Virus record (IMG/VR): IMGVR_UViG_3300027905_000001
Coordinates: 1 to 64,000 of that record
From: a virus
DNA length: 64,000 nucleotides
Direction: 5' to 3' (one strand)
The notes under the pieces are model-generated. The model was not told the DNA's origin and ran no database searches. It saw nothing but the letters and a program-made list of their open reading frames with translations. The position numbers were made by a program, and so were the translations under genes. The stretch's first letter is position 1; each line of letters starts with the position of its first letter. This document shows, one piece after another, positions 26,704-36,029 of the stretch.

Positions 26704-27276
26704 CTATACGTATTTACTAAAATAAAGGTATCTTTGAAATAATGGCCCTAATATCTCCCACAATACTTCAAGCGCTTCTCTGTTAATCTTCCTTAACATT
26801 TCGTTTGTGATATAAACTCTACCAACAGAATGGCGCTCGTTAAACACAATCTCAATGTTCCTCCATGTCATGACTTCAAAGTATTTAGACCTAATAACGG
26901 TTTCCTGTTCCCTCGTTAATGCCTTCAGCGCTTCATCAATCTGCTCCATCTCAAGCGTCTTAAACCTCATCTTCGACCGATCCTCGTCAATCCAAGCCTC
27001 AACTAATTCCCTCGTAACCTCTCTGCGCCCTGCTATATGCTCGGTCGGCGAAGTTGTAGTTGTTGCGTGCGGCATACCGATAATTCTACTTACGCTGTTC
27101 TCGAATAACCATAGCTCTCCCGCGCTCAATGCTTGTTCCCATACCAGGATTCTCTGCATAGTTGTCACGACTTCTGCTTTATGTTTTTTATAGAGTTTCA
27201 AGCGTTCTTCGAGTATGTTTTGGGATTCTTTTATCATTGCTATGGTTATTACCTCCTCTCTACCGTTTTGCGCCAT
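26704..27276 (-). CDS. Sigma-70 region-4-like late transcription regulator (ArpU/RinA-like, tentative)
   Basis: C-terminal LTREQETVIRSKYFEVMTWRNIEIVFN...VGRVYITNEMLRKI resembles region 4 HTH; sits before the packaging module. Confidence 0.5.
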   Translation of the reverse strand: MAQNGREEVITIAMIKESQNILEERLKLYKKHKAEVVTTMQRILVWEQALSAGELWLFENSVSRIIGMPHATTTTSPTEHIAGRREVTRELVEAWIDEDRSKMRFKTLEMEQIDEALKALTREQETVIRSKYFEVMTWRNIEIVFNERHSVGRVYITNEMLRKINREALEVLWEILGPLFQRYLYFSKYV

Positions 27277-27619
27277 AACTTCCAGGCAAGCGGTTATTTA
27301 AAGCGTCGGAATTTGGATAAAGTTTATTTCTGTTTTTTTCCCAATCAGTGTGATCAACTTTTCCTGAGAGTTGGCGAGATAGTTCGCGCGTCTTTAAGAT
27401 ATCCTGCATTTTCCCGTTTTCAAATATTTCTATTTCTTCACTTTCAAACATCTCGAACCCTTCCTCAAAAACCTCGTTGATGAATTTCAACGTATACCCA
27501 TTATGGTAATCGTGCTTTATCATATTTCCTAACATGTGAACCTTTTTCTCGATTTCCATCCATCTGGCAATTCCGCTTCTTACATCATCTGCCTCAGAGC
27601 CAAACATTATCTTTTTCAT
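27260..27619 (-). CDS. Hypothetical protein (119 aa)
   Basis: GGGGGAAATTGAGGAA RBS then ATG. Confidence 0.5.
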   Translation of the reverse strand: MKKIMFGSEADDVRSGIARWMEIEKKVHMLGNMIKHDYHNGYTLKFINEVFEEGFEMFESEEIEIFENGKMQDILKTRELSRQLSGKVDHTDWEKNRNKLYPNSDALNNRLPGSYGAKR

Positions 27620-27634
27620 TTCCTCAATTTCCCC

Positions 27635-27799
27635 CTATCCCCTAAATACCATCGTTACAACAAAATAAAATATCGGAGCTTGCACAATCAAGAGGATGAA
27701 TCTTTTTAGCGGTTTTTCATTTCCGAAAATGTTCATTAGTACTATTGCCGTGTTTATTCCGAGTGCGTAGTAGCCACATATTTGTAAGGGTAGGTTCAT
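27635..27799 (-). CDS. Small membrane protein (54 aa, two predicted TM helices), ATGA-coupled
   Basis: Not in ORF track; MNLPLQICGYYALGINTAIVLMNIFG...; GGGAGGAAC RBS; ATG overlaps upstream TGA. Confidence 0.45.
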   Translation of the reverse strand: MNLPLQICGYYALGINTAIVLMNIFGNEKPLKRFILLIVQAPIFYFVVTMVFRG

Positions 27800-28191
27800 G
27801 ATTGTTCCTCCCTATACTTTTCTTTCAACCTAAGATATTCTTCGCGCTCGTGCTTCTCATGGCGTTCCTTCTGCTTTCTATCAGATTCCTCTCTGGCTAA
27901 CCTTCTAGCCTCGCGAAGTTTATCATAATCGTCTCCTCCGATAACACCGAGTTTCTTAAGCTCTTCAACTAGCCATTTTTGTCCATCTTTTTCAAAGAGA
28001 TATTGTTGAACGGAATGTGATTTATAAATCCTTATTTCACTGCTATCTCCGTCATCATCTTGCTTAGCAACCATCAATCCACCGTCTGTAGTGGCTATGG
28101 TTATCGCTTCTGCGAACTGAGCACAATGAATGAATGCGATTGTTTTACCTATGAGATCTTCACCTTTTTCGATAAAATACATTTTATTCAA
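27796..28191 (-). CDS. Hypothetical protein (131 aa) with charged coiled-coil-like C-terminus
   Basis: ORF track frame, operon context. Confidence 0.5.
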   Translation of the reverse strand: MNKMYFIEKGEDLIGKTIAFIHCAQFAEAITIATTDGGLMVAKQDDDGDSSEIRIYKSHSVQQYLFEKDGQKWLVEELKKLGVIGGDDYDKLREARRLAREESDRKQKERHEKHEREEYLRLKEKYREEQS

Positions 28192-28795
28192 CTTCCTCCG
28201 TTTCCCAATAACTCATTTCGGATTCCATTGCTTCGATAAGTTGTTCGATGGTTTCTATGGGTTCTTCATAACCAGTGAAGGCTTCGAATTCAGATTCGGT
28301 GGCCCTGGCTTCGTTGAAAATCTTGATTAACTTTGATAGTTTTATTAGATTTTCTTTCATTGCTTCATCCATTACCTCGGTTGGTCCGTCCCACTGCCCC
28401 AAACTCTTAATATCAAACACGATCCCCACACAGAAAAGCGCATCATCTTCCATAATCTTAAACTCGGCATGATGAATATCCGTCTCATATGCCCAGGCCA
28501 CTTCTCCTTCATTATGCCAAATAGCTTCTATCTGTTTACATTTCTGTTTCGCTAAAGCTGAATGAACGCATTCGCAATCACATTCCTCGAAAATTCCGTG
28601 TTCATCGAGGTAAATTGTCTTTCCATCAAAACATCCAACTTCTTCGTTAATAGCTCCCCTAAATTCTGCGTTGTCATCCGAATATCCGAACACTACGACG
28701 AACCCGAGTTCCTTAGCCCTTATTGTATCCACTTTGCTTATCTCATTACCCATTTCATTACCGTCCAACATCTCGGCAAACTCCTGTATATTCAT
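28184..28795 (-). CDS. Hypothetical acidic protein (203 aa)
   Basis: ORF track frame, operon context. Confidence 0.5.
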   Translation of the reverse strand: MNIQEFAEMLDGNEMGNEISKVDTIRAKELGFVVVFGYSDDNAEFRGAINEEVGCFDGKTIYLDEHGIFEECDCECVHSALAKQKCKQIEAIWHNEGEVAWAYETDIHHAEFKIMEDDALFCVGIVFDIKSLGQWDGPTEVMDEAMKENLIKLSKLIKIFNEARATESEFEAFTGYEEPIETIEQLIEAMESEMSYWETEEVE

Positions 28796-29025
28796 TACTT
28801 TTCCTCCTTAGCCGAATTCAAGTTCCTAATCCTAAATCCCAAACCCCTCAACTTCTCCCTAATCTCATTAATCGAAAAGCTGGACATATTCCTTATCTCT
28901 GGCAATCCGAGATACGACATCTTAGTCAAATCCTCAAGGGTATTGATTCCTGCATTTCTCAGGCAACGCAAAGTTCTTGCGGTTAATCCGAGCTCTTCGA
29001 TTGTTTTATTGAGCGTGTCGTTCAT
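28795..29025 (-). CDS. RNA polymerase alpha-subunit C-terminal-domain-like (helix-hairpin-helix) protein
   Basis: 76 aa; IEELGLTARTLRCLRNAGINTLEDL matches alpha-CTD HhH pattern. Confidence 0.6.
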   Translation of the reverse strand: MNDTLNKTIEELGLTARTLRCLRNAGINTLEDLTKMSYLGLPEIRNMSSFSINEIREKLRGLGFRIRNLNSAKEEK

Positions 29026-29035
29026 ACTTTTACTC

Positions 29036-29242
29036 CTATTCCATCTTTTGTTTCGGCTTCAATTTGCCGCGCTTCTTATCCCGAACATACTGGATGAACT
29101 CCTTCTTGATATACAGTAAATCCAAAACCTTACCGAACATCCATAAATAAGCTTTTATCCCCAGCGCAACGATAATCATGGCCATAATGAGTAGTGATAT
29201 CGTGACTATTATCCAAGCTGTCCAGTAGTTAATTGTTGTCAT
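29036..29242 (-). CDS. Small membrane protein (68 aa)
   Basis: Single TM helix WIIVTISLLIMAMIIVALGI followed by basic tail. Confidence 0.45.
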   Translation of the reverse strand: MTTINYWTAWIIVTISLLIMAMIIVALGIKAYLWMFGKVLDLLYIKKEFIQYVRDKKRGKLKPKQKME

Positions 29243-29544
29243 TATCCCAGCTCCCTTGGCTTAATCAACTCAGCCATAACCCCCAACCATATTGCATCCG
29301 CTACATTCGATGTTATCCATGCCGTAATACTAGCTGCAACCAGCGTTGCGAATAAGATCAACTTAAAATCATTTATCATCGTTGTCCTCTGCCTTCGCCT
29401 GGTTATTCACATCCGGCATTTTAAGATAATACAACCATAATATTCTTAGCATCCTGAGCATCGTCTCATTAGTCATCGTTGATTACTCTCATTAGTCCGC
29501 AAACAATGCAACGCTTTGACTTTTGGTAATAGCTCCACTCGTGC

Positions 29545-29964
29545 TTACATCTTTTCTGTTGTTTTGTCATACGCTTTCTCCTTTCGATAGTTCAACTCAA
29601 GCGTGGCGTAACCAATTATGTCGCGTATGGTGTCTTCTATCGCCTCGTCCTTTACTTGTGCAGGATTATTATCCAATTGTTCGATGCGGTTCAGCTTGTC
29701 CGATATGCGGATATAGAATCCTACCGGGCCATATTTGTCACGAAGTTGATCATAGGAATTTCCGTAGTCAGTGTTTTTACGTTCGATCAGATCAGCTATT
29801 GGATTAAGGATTTCGGAGAATTTGTTTTCCTTCGGAACTTCGATTGGCATCCAACATTTAAGCCTTGGGATGCATTGATTACATACTATCTGGGCATTAT
29901 CATACTTACAGGTTTTGCACGTTTTATTGATCATTTTGTTCCCCCTTAGCATCGAATATCTCAA
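29545..29964 (-). CDS. Hypothetical protein, tentatively DUF1599-like (nucleotide-modification-associated) with N-terminal Cys pairs
   Basis: CKTCK...CNQC then ERKNTDYGNSYDQLRDKYGPVGFYIRISDKLNRIEQL. Confidence 0.4.
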   Translation of the reverse strand: MRYSMLRGNKMINKTCKTCKYDNAQIVCNQCIPRLKCWMPIEVPKENKFSEILNPIADLIERKNTDYGNSYDQLRDKYGPVGFYIRISDKLNRIEQLDNNPAQVKDEAIEDTIRDIIGYATLELNYRKEKAYDKTTEKM

Positions 29965-30127
29965 GCCTCTTCAGCTCCATCTCGCCATTGACAACTCGAC
30001 TAAATATGTCGCAAAGGATAGCGTTGAGGTCGTTTCGACTTTTGATAGGCGTTGCTTCTGATCGCTTACCGCTGGCCGGAATATCTCCTGCGTAGTATTT
30101 GCCGTTGATGGCTAGGATTTTATTCAT
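29924..30127 (-). CDS. Hypothetical small protein (67 aa; track ORF 29924..30202 trimmed to ATG 30127)
   Basis: MNKILAINGKYYAGD...; upstream part of the track ORF overlaps MazG-like gene. Confidence 0.35.
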   Translation of the reverse strand: MNKILAINGKYYAGDIPASGKRSEATPIKSRNDLNAILCDIFSRVVNGEMELKRLEIFDAKGEQNDQ

Positions 30128-30654
30128 ACTTCCACAAAATATCCTTTCGAAATCAATTTCTTTTCGTGCAATATCCGTTGATCTTCGACCGATATCCCCC
30201 ACTTATCCGCAATAGTATAGATCATCGTGACCGCACTCTGCGCAACGTCGAATGCCTCTTCGATTAATCTTAAAGGATTTCCTTCGCCCGTCTTAAGTCT
30301 CGGTTTCTCTCCGCTCATTTGATTATTTTTACCGATTACTTGAAGTAATTCCCCTAGCTCCTCAATCAACTTGTAGGTGCATGATTCGATAGTTGGTAGG
30401 AGTCCATTGAGTCGGTCGAAGGATATAAATTCTATGGCATCATCTTCTCTGCCTTTCGCCTCAAACCACTCCCCATCCAGACAAGTTTTCCCATCGCAAT
30501 CAGGGTATTTTTTGCAGTTGTTGCAATCCCACTTTTGTTTCCACCCTGTTAAATCATAGACCGTACAGGCCATACTACATGCTAATGTTTCGTGCTTGGC
30601 ACAATTCTCGCATGTCATTTCTCGTTCTTGTCTCATTTCACCGCATTCTTTCAT
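30124..30654 (-). CDS. MazG-like nucleotide pyrophosphohydrolase with N-terminal Cys-rich extension
   Basis: IEELGELLQVIGK and EEAFDVAQSA (MazG-type EExxE helix pair); N-terminal CxxC clusters. Confidence 0.6.
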   Translation of the reverse strand: MKECGEMRQEREMTCENCAKHETLACSMACTVYDLTGWKQKWDCNNCKKYPDCDGKTCLDGEWFEAKGREDDAIEFISFDRLNGLLPTIESCTYKLIEELGELLQVIGKNNQMSGEKPRLKTGEGNPLRLIEEAFDVAQSAVTMIYTIADKWGISVEDQRILHEKKLISKGYFVEV

Positions 30655-30706
30655 TTTGTACCTCCAATTTTTATTTAATTATTGCTATTTAGTTAAACTT
30701 TACTTA

Positions 30707-31219
30707 TTAAAAATCTCCATATAATTCAAGATAGTCTAAAACTACACCACCACACTGACAAACAACATTAAATCCATCAAACTCGCTAATTGGTATACTC
30801 TTCCTTCCTCCTGAGAGTGCATCATTCCAAAACCGCATGAGCTCATCTAGTTCCAGCCTGTAGATTTTATACTTGGTTGTCATTTCGATGAGTAGGAAGG
30901 ATGTTCCGCCTTGAGCCTGCCAATTCTTTAGAAATTCAATTTGATGTGGTTCGATGTTGGATAAAGGGAATCGTTTTTGATCGTGGCATTGTTTGGCATC
31001 AAAGGCGACAGGTGCTCGTCCTTTTACTACTCCAATGTAATCTATTGTTGATTTTTCGCTTGGATAAGCTGACGTAACTTTTCCTTTTGACCAAATAACT
31101 TTCCAAGGAACCCAAACTTTTTGGATAAGAGCATCACCTTTGGCTTGGTATTGCTCGTTGGCATGTTCGATAAGTTGCTCTAGCCCCTTACCCCTATTAG
31201 CGTATAGCGTATTACTCAC
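30707..31219 (-). CDS. recU: Holliday junction resolvase RecU-like
   Basis: 170 aa; STIDYIGVVKGRAPVAFDAKQC...FLLIEM matches RecU core. Confidence 0.65.
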   Translation of the reverse strand: MSNTLYANRGKGLEQLIEHANEQYQAKGDALIQKVWVPWKVIWSKGKVTSAYPSEKSTIDYIGVVKGRAPVAFDAKQCHDQKRFPLSNIEPHQIEFLKNWQAQGGTSFLLIEMTTKYKIYRLELDELMRFWNDALSGGRKSIPISEFDGFNVVCQCGGVVLDYLELYGDF

Positions 31220-31337
31220 TACTTAATTCCCATCCTCCGATCCGTCTTATCCGCCGTTTTCACCATCGCTATTGTCACAATGTAAATAATAATGGCAATT
31301 GTGGATATTGCGCCTGTCCAAAACCCTTGCCACCACA

Positions 31338-31778
31338 CTAGGAATCACCTCTTTCCATGTACAATAAGACAGCCTTGCAAATGGCTCCTGACGCCGTATC
31401 GGCTACCACCCAATCATATTCAATAGTGGCTTTATATACAGTTTCGTCGCCGATACCTGAATAATGTTGGAGATTAGTTGGATAGAAACGGTCAAATAGT
31501 TTCATGGCATCCTCAATACTTCTTGACCAATCTTTTAAGCCATGGACGATATGTTTCATTTCATCAATTTCGCTAGCCTCTATTTGCCTGTATCTTTCCT
31601 TCATGATTTCCGGATTCCTAAAGGCTCTCCACGGTTCCCTATCGTTGGGTTTTTGGAAAATGACATAAAGGTAATCACCTCTTTTTTCTTCCCAAATTGT
31701 CCAACTTAAGACTTTTGTTGCTATTAATAGATTTAGTTTCGTGCCGGGTTTTAAGGTTAAAATCTCATCTCTACTCAC
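31338..31778 (-). CDS. Hypothetical protein (146 aa)
   Basis: ORF track frame, operon context. Confidence 0.5.
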   Translation of the reverse strand: MSRDEILTLKPGTKLNLLIATKVLSWTIWEEKRGDYLYVIFQKPNDREPWRAFRNPEIMKERYRQIEASEIDEMKHIVHGLKDWSRSIEDAMKLFDRFYPTNLQHYSGIGDETVYKATIEYDWVVADTASGAICKAVLLYMERGDS

Positions 31779-31984
31779 TCAACATTCCCCCTCTTCGCCT
31801 TTTTCTTCTTATTCAAAATCTTCTCACATACCCAGCTCATACACTCGCCACATGATCCATTGCACGCTTCTTTCAGCGTTTCACAAACTAAGCCAGCTCC
31901 ATCTTCGCGAGGTGCAGATTCGGGGCATTGTAGGCACTTACACGGACTTCTTACGCGCAGCTTCGATTTAGCTATAGTGATCAA
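31775..31984 (-). CDS. Small Cys-rich protein (69 aa)
   Basis: CKCLQCPE...CNGSCGEC; coupled to neighbours. Confidence 0.4.
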   Translation of the reverse strand: MITIAKSKLRVRSPCKCLQCPESAPREDGAGLVCETLKEACNGSCGECMSWVCEKILNKKKKAKRGNVE

Positions 31985-32004
31985 TCCTTTCTGTTTGTCG
32001 AATT

Positions 32005-32208
32005 TTAGAAGGGTAGCTTAGGTAATTCCTCTAGTAATGGGTTTCTACCATAAACCCTTACCTCGCATTCATCGCAGAAGACAGGGTTTATTGGCATCCC
32101 CCTGCATCCGCATTGTTCACCTTTACAGCAAAATTCTGGTTCGTATTCGTCGTAGACTTCTATTTCTTTGTGGCATCCATCGCATTCGTAGATTTTCAAC
32201 CGAATCAC
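32005..32208 (-). CDS. Small zinc-ribbon protein (67 aa)
   Basis: CDGCHKE...CCKGEQCGC...CDEC. Confidence 0.45.
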   Translation of the reverse strand: MIRLKIYECDGCHKEIEVYDEYEPEFCCKGEQCGCRGMPINPVFCDECEVRVYGRNPLLEELPKLPF

Positions 32209-32216
32209 TCCTTTTG

Positions 32217-32735
32217 TTAATTGATATAATTTGACATTAATTTTGCCCCGGCTTCTTGTACGACCTTAACCGCTTGTTCAAGTTCTTTATATACTCCTAG
32301 CCCTATCTGTTTTCGATTAATCATTAAGTAGGCTCGCCATTTTTTGGATGATTTGCGCCAACTAACGCCCCTAAATCCTGAATTAGTTTTGCATTCTGCT
32401 TTTCTATTTTGCATGTTTACTGAATGAGTTACATTTCTAAGATTCCCTTTTGTATTATTTAATGTGTCATGGTCAACGTGATCTACCACTAAATCATCGG
32501 GGCAATTGGTTATTAATCGATGTAGGCGTTTTGGTTTCAATCCTTCGCTAATCGACACATTACTTATGGCATAAAACGAACTTGTCCCTTCAGACCAAAG
32601 AGCATGCCACTTTGCACCACCTTTTTGGGCTATCTCTAAATCCTCCCTATCAATTAAAGTTTCCATCACAGATCCATCTTCTCTATCTAAAAATATTGCC
32701 ACTTTATCCCCTCTAAATTCGAATCTGTTTTTCAT
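32217..32735 (-). CDS. HNH homing endonuclease with AP2-type DNA-binding domain
   Basis: HRLI...DHVDHDTLNNTKGNLR (HNH) and SGFRGVSWRKSSKKWRAYLMINRKQIGLGVYKELEQA (AP2-like). Confidence 0.75.
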   Translation of the reverse strand: MKNRFEFRGDKVAIFLDREDGSVMETLIDREDLEIAQKGGAKWHALWSEGTSSFYAISNVSISEGLKPKRLHRLITNCPDDLVVDHVDHDTLNNTKGNLRNVTHSVNMQNRKAECKTNSGFRGVSWRKSSKKWRAYLMINRKQIGLGVYKELEQAVKVVQEAGAKLMSNYIN

Positions 32736-32783
32736 ATTCTCACCTCCTTTTCTTATCTATATTATACCATAAGCTTACCTAAG

Positions 32784-32812
32784 TTGCACTAAGGTTAAGC
32801 ATGGTATATAAT
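32784..32812 (+). promoter_or_regulatory. Consensus sigma-A promoter (TTGCAC-17-TATAAT) with flanking inverted repeat TATACCAT/ATGGTATA
   Basis: -35 32784-32789, -10 32807-32812; IR arms at 32763-32770 and 32801-32808. Confidence 0.6.
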
Positions 32813-32830
32813 ATAATTCGAGGTGAGGAA

Positions 32831-32992
32831 ATGGGAGATTTAAAAAACAGGCAAAGATATACAACTTCCTTGGATAATGAGCTAGTGGAAAAGCTCAAAA
32901 AGTTATCAGAGAAGACGAAAATTGCCCAATCAAAGTTACTGGATGAAGCAATAGAATTAGTTCTTAAGAAATATGGGAAGCCTGATAAGTAA
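32831..32992 (+). CDS. Ribbon-helix-helix (CopG-like) DNA-binding protein, paralogue of 38993..39172
   Basis: GAGGTGAGGAA RBS then ATG 32831; RQRYTTSLDNELVEKLKKLSEKTKIAQSKLLDEAIELVLKKYG. Confidence 0.6.
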   Translation: MGDLKNRQRYTTSLDNELVEKLKKLSEKTKIAQSKLLDEAIELVLKKYGKPDK

Positions 32993-33031
32993 GGGTTTCC
33001 CTTCCTTTCTGGTATTTAATTAGAATGATTA

Positions 33032-33446
33032 TCAAAAAGGAATGTCATCATCTAAGGAAACTCCGTGACCAAATGAGCCTTTAGCCTCACTTGAGCTATT
33101 CGAGGATTCCGATAAGTTGCTATTCTTCGGGCTAAGGAATTCCACTTCGTCGGCAATCACGTCGTATGACCTTTTTTTTATTGCCATCCTTATCCGTGTA
33201 ATCACTAATCTGTAGCGACCCTGTGACAAGGGCCTTATTTCCTTTTGCTAATGCGTTTGCACATAGCTCTGCAAGCTGTTTAAAACATTTCACGTTAATA
33301 AAATCTGTCTCTTTCTCGCCTGCGGAATTCTTAAACCTTCGCCCGACCGCTAGTGTGAAGTTGGAAATAGCAACGCCCGAAGTTCCATAGCGTAACTCAC
33401 AATCCCTCGTTAAATTCCCTGACAAAATAATCTTATTCATGCTCAC
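33032..33446 (-). pseudogene. ssb: Single-stranded DNA-binding protein gene interrupted by a frame change in an A8 run (33172-33179)
   Basis: N-terminal OB-fold frame 33132..33446; C-terminal frame 33032..33229 ends in acidic tail DDDIPF; one fewer A restores a ~137-aa SSB. Confidence 0.75.
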
Positions 33447-33615
33447 TTACCTCTTTCTGCTCAATCTCGAACTTAGCCCATAACCACACAATGATATTTA
33501 ACAGATCATCCTTGGTTGTTCCGTTGTGAGTTACTAGGTCTAACTCGTTTTGCACAACTTTAATCTTTTGATATTCTTCTAGCTCATCCCAATTTGGATA
33601 TTTCATTTTTGGCAC
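33433..33615 (-). CDS. Hypothetical protein (60 aa)
   Basis: ORF track frame, coupled to ssb. Confidence 0.4.
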   Translation of the reverse strand: MPKMKYPNWDELEEYQKIKVVQNELDLVTHNGTTKDDLLNIIVWLWAKFEIEQKEVSEHE

Positions 33616-33627
33616 ATCCTCATCCTT

Positions 33628-34032
33628 TTAGATCAAGTATCCTTTTCCCTTGCAACATTCGCACACCTTCCATTGAGTACACATACCCAAGTCGATAAAC
33701 CAACCCTCAAGAACCTCGGTTACCTTTAGCCCCATGCCTTTGTCACCCACCTCTTTTGGCTGTTTCGAACAAGGACTTATATTGCTATCACACTCACATT
33801 CATCGCACTCTTCACAGGCAGTAACCATCGGCATCTTGTCCCACAATATGGATTCCGGCGTTGCTGTGCATTTTTGCTCACCAAGCATTTGCTTTATCGC
33901 TGGATTAAGATTAATTGACCAAAAAAGCATAGCCTTGTTATCCTCATCGTGCCTTAGTGGATGCTTGCCTAAGTAAATGTGAGTCGGTCCACCTTCGAAT
34001 TCGTTGATTATTCTTGGATTCATTTTAAACAC
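33628..34032 (-). CDS. Hypothetical Cys-rich protein (134 aa)
   Basis: CEECDECECD and CECCKGKGY clusters. Confidence 0.45.
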   Translation of the reverse strand: MFKMNPRIINEFEGGPTHIYLGKHPLRHDEDNKAMLFWSINLNPAIKQMLGEQKCTATPESILWDKMPMVTACEECDECECDSNISPCSKQPKEVGDKGMGLKVTEVLEGWFIDLGMCTQWKVCECCKGKGYLI

Positions 34033-34048
34033 ACATCCTCATTATTTT

Positions 34049-34744
34049 CTATTGTCCTATTGGTTCGCTTATTTTCTCGAATTCCAGTACATACACCCAC
34101 GGATTTAAGCCCCATCCGTAGCCTCGTTTTTTGTTTAAATTATCCCAAAGTTCACTAAATGCATCCCTGGCCGTGAGATCAAATTCGGCAACATCGTCAA
34201 ATTTTCCATCACCTATTTTGTCGTGAAAATCAATACAACCTTCGCTTCTTGCGTCTTCCTCAGTTATGATCTGCAACCTCTCGGCTCTAATATTTGTCAC
34301 CTTCAGGAATAACCTAGCGGCTTTGCGTGGCATATAGATCGATGGCCGCCAGTAGTTAAAATGCTCAGGGTTATCATCTGCCCTGTATACTATTGGGCAA
34401 CCTTCAAAATCGTCGATATCAAGTTTTCCAGTTACTACCCGATAGTCCATATCAAGCTGTGACCACGTTTCTCGAACCCAAAGGATATCTCCGACATCAC
34501 GGGGTATTTTGCAATAATGACTTACCCGCCCATTATCCGACTCCCAGCACACGCACCCCTCGTTTTTGGAATTTGTCGAACTCGTGATTCTGCCAATAAT
34601 ATGATAATTTTCAGGCGGTTGATATTTAACTACTCGCCTTGTTTGAGTTTTCCTCCCTTCCAGAATCGCATTAATGGACTCACTAGAAAAAATTATCGGC
34701 TTTTCTTTAATCATTTTTTGCTCCTTTCTAGGCCCTCTATCCAT
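34049..34744 (-). CDS. ASCH/PUA-like domain protein (tentative)
   Basis: 231 aa; EGRKTQTRR motif near N-terminus. Confidence 0.45.
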   Translation of the reverse strand: MDRGPRKEQKMIKEKPIIFSSESINAILEGRKTQTRRVVKYQPPENYHIIGRITSSTNSKNEGCVCWESDNGRVSHYCKIPRDVGDILWVRETWSQLDMDYRVVTGKLDIDDFEGCPIVYRADDNPEHFNYWRPSIYMPRKAARLFLKVTNIRAERLQIITEEDARSEGCIDFHDKIGDGKFDDVAEFDLTARDAFSELWDNLNKKRGYGWGLNPWVYVLEFEKISEPIGQ

Positions 34745-34830
34745 CTCGCCTTATAGTTTTGTACCTATTTTAATTTATCCAAGCCCTAGCACCACTCTAT
34801 GGCCCTCTCATAGGATTATGCTCACTCCCA

Positions 34831-35490
34831 TCATGCGCGGATTACTCGCAATAACATCTCCTCAAATTCAATCTCCCTCAGCTCTCGAAGCGACCTTATG
34901 TTATCTCCCACGACAACCCATGCTTGCTTTATTTTTTCTTCAAGGCCAAAGTTCTCGTCAATATTTGCCATGATTCTGTCCATGACTTCTTCCGTTTCCT
35001 CGACTTCTCGCGCGGTCCATGTTGGTTCTGGTTCGGCTAGGTCGCCAACATCATGATACAAATATGATTCATCCTCAACTTTTTCGTCGAAACATTCTGC
35101 TTCATATGTCCCGTAACATTCTGAAACTTCGCTTTGTGATGTTTTAGGTTCGACTTTACCAACTTCCGCACAATCATCCACCCCCTCACTCTCCAACGCC
35201 TCAGACACATCTTCTCGCTCTTCTACGGCAACCTCAGCCACTTCCTCCGCACTCTCTTTAACTTGCTCGATGACCACCTTTCTTATCTTGATCTTCGCGT
35301 TAGCCTCCAACCCTTTTTTAAGCAAATAAGCTACACTTGTGCTAACGTCATACTTTCGCGCTACGTCGATGGTTAGCCCAATCGCGTTAAACTGTTCTAT
35401 TGTTGTTATTTCTGCTCGCAATTTGTTTGCATTTTCAGATATTTTTGACATGTTCAGCCTCCTCATTCTTGTTATAGTTGCGTTTTCCAT
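34831..35490 (-). CDS. Hypothetical acidic protein (219 aa)
   Basis: ORF track frame; highly acidic middle region. Confidence 0.45.
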   Translation of the reverse strand: MENATITRMRRLNMSKISENANKLRAEITTIEQFNAIGLTIDVARKYDVSTSVAYLLKKGLEANAKIKIRKVVIEQVKESAEEVAEVAVEEREDVSEALESEGVDDCAEVGKVEPKTSQSEVSECYGTYEAECFDEKVEDESYLYHDVGDLAEPEPTWTAREVEETEEVMDRIMANIDENFGLEEKIKQAWVVVGDNIRSLRELREIEFEEMLLRVIRA

Positions 35491-35701
35491 TGTCTGAGTA
35501 TCCTAATTCGTCCCAATCGAAGATACCCACGTTCGAGCCCATGTCATGTTTGGCTCTAAAATTGCAGATCCTTTTGGTGTTGCATCGTAATTCCTCCGCT
35601 ATTTGCCTGTCTGTAAGTCCGTTTAGCCATAGTTGCTCGATAGCTTCAGCTTCCATAGGGCTTATTGATTGTGCCATTTTCATTTTGTACCTCCCTAACA
35701 A
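35435..35701 (-). CDS. Small HTH protein (sigma region-4-like)
   Basis: LWLNGLTDRQIAEELRCNTKRI pattern. Confidence 0.45.
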   Translation of the reverse strand: MLGRYKMKMAQSISPMEAEAIEQLWLNGLTDRQIAEELRCNTKRICNFRAKHDMGSNVGIFDWDELGYSDNGKRNYNKNEEAEHVKNI

Positions 35702-36029
35702 GTTTTACTCCATAAAAATCCATCAACTTCGCACATGTAGGGCAAGGTATAGGATCAACCTCATCAGCGCATACTAGATACAACTCTGCACCTTCAAGGC
35801 TTTCCCTCGCATTAATGAGTGCCATTTGCTCTGCATGCACACTAGAACATTCGGCGTAATCTCCTACGTTATGCTCTATATCCAATCTGGAGCACGTAAC
35901 GCATGTTGTAGGGCTTGTATTCCATCCCTTTGATATAATCTGACCATGCAGGACGATTACGCATGCGTAGCGACGCTTGAGGCAGTTCGAGCAGGGTAAT
36001 AGTTTTCGTGCTTCGTCGAAGTAGTTCAA
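35646..36029 (-). CDS. dCMP/cytidine deaminase family zinc-dependent deaminase
   Basis: VHAEQMALINA ... PCPTCAKLM (HAE and PCxxC zinc-binding motifs). Confidence 0.8.
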   Translation of the reverse strand: MNYFDEARKLLPCSNCLKRRYACVIVLHGQIISKGWNTSPTTCVTCSRLDIEHNVGDYAECSSVHAEQMALINARESLEGAELYLVCADEVDPIPCPTCAKLMDFYGVKLVREVQNENGTINKPYGS

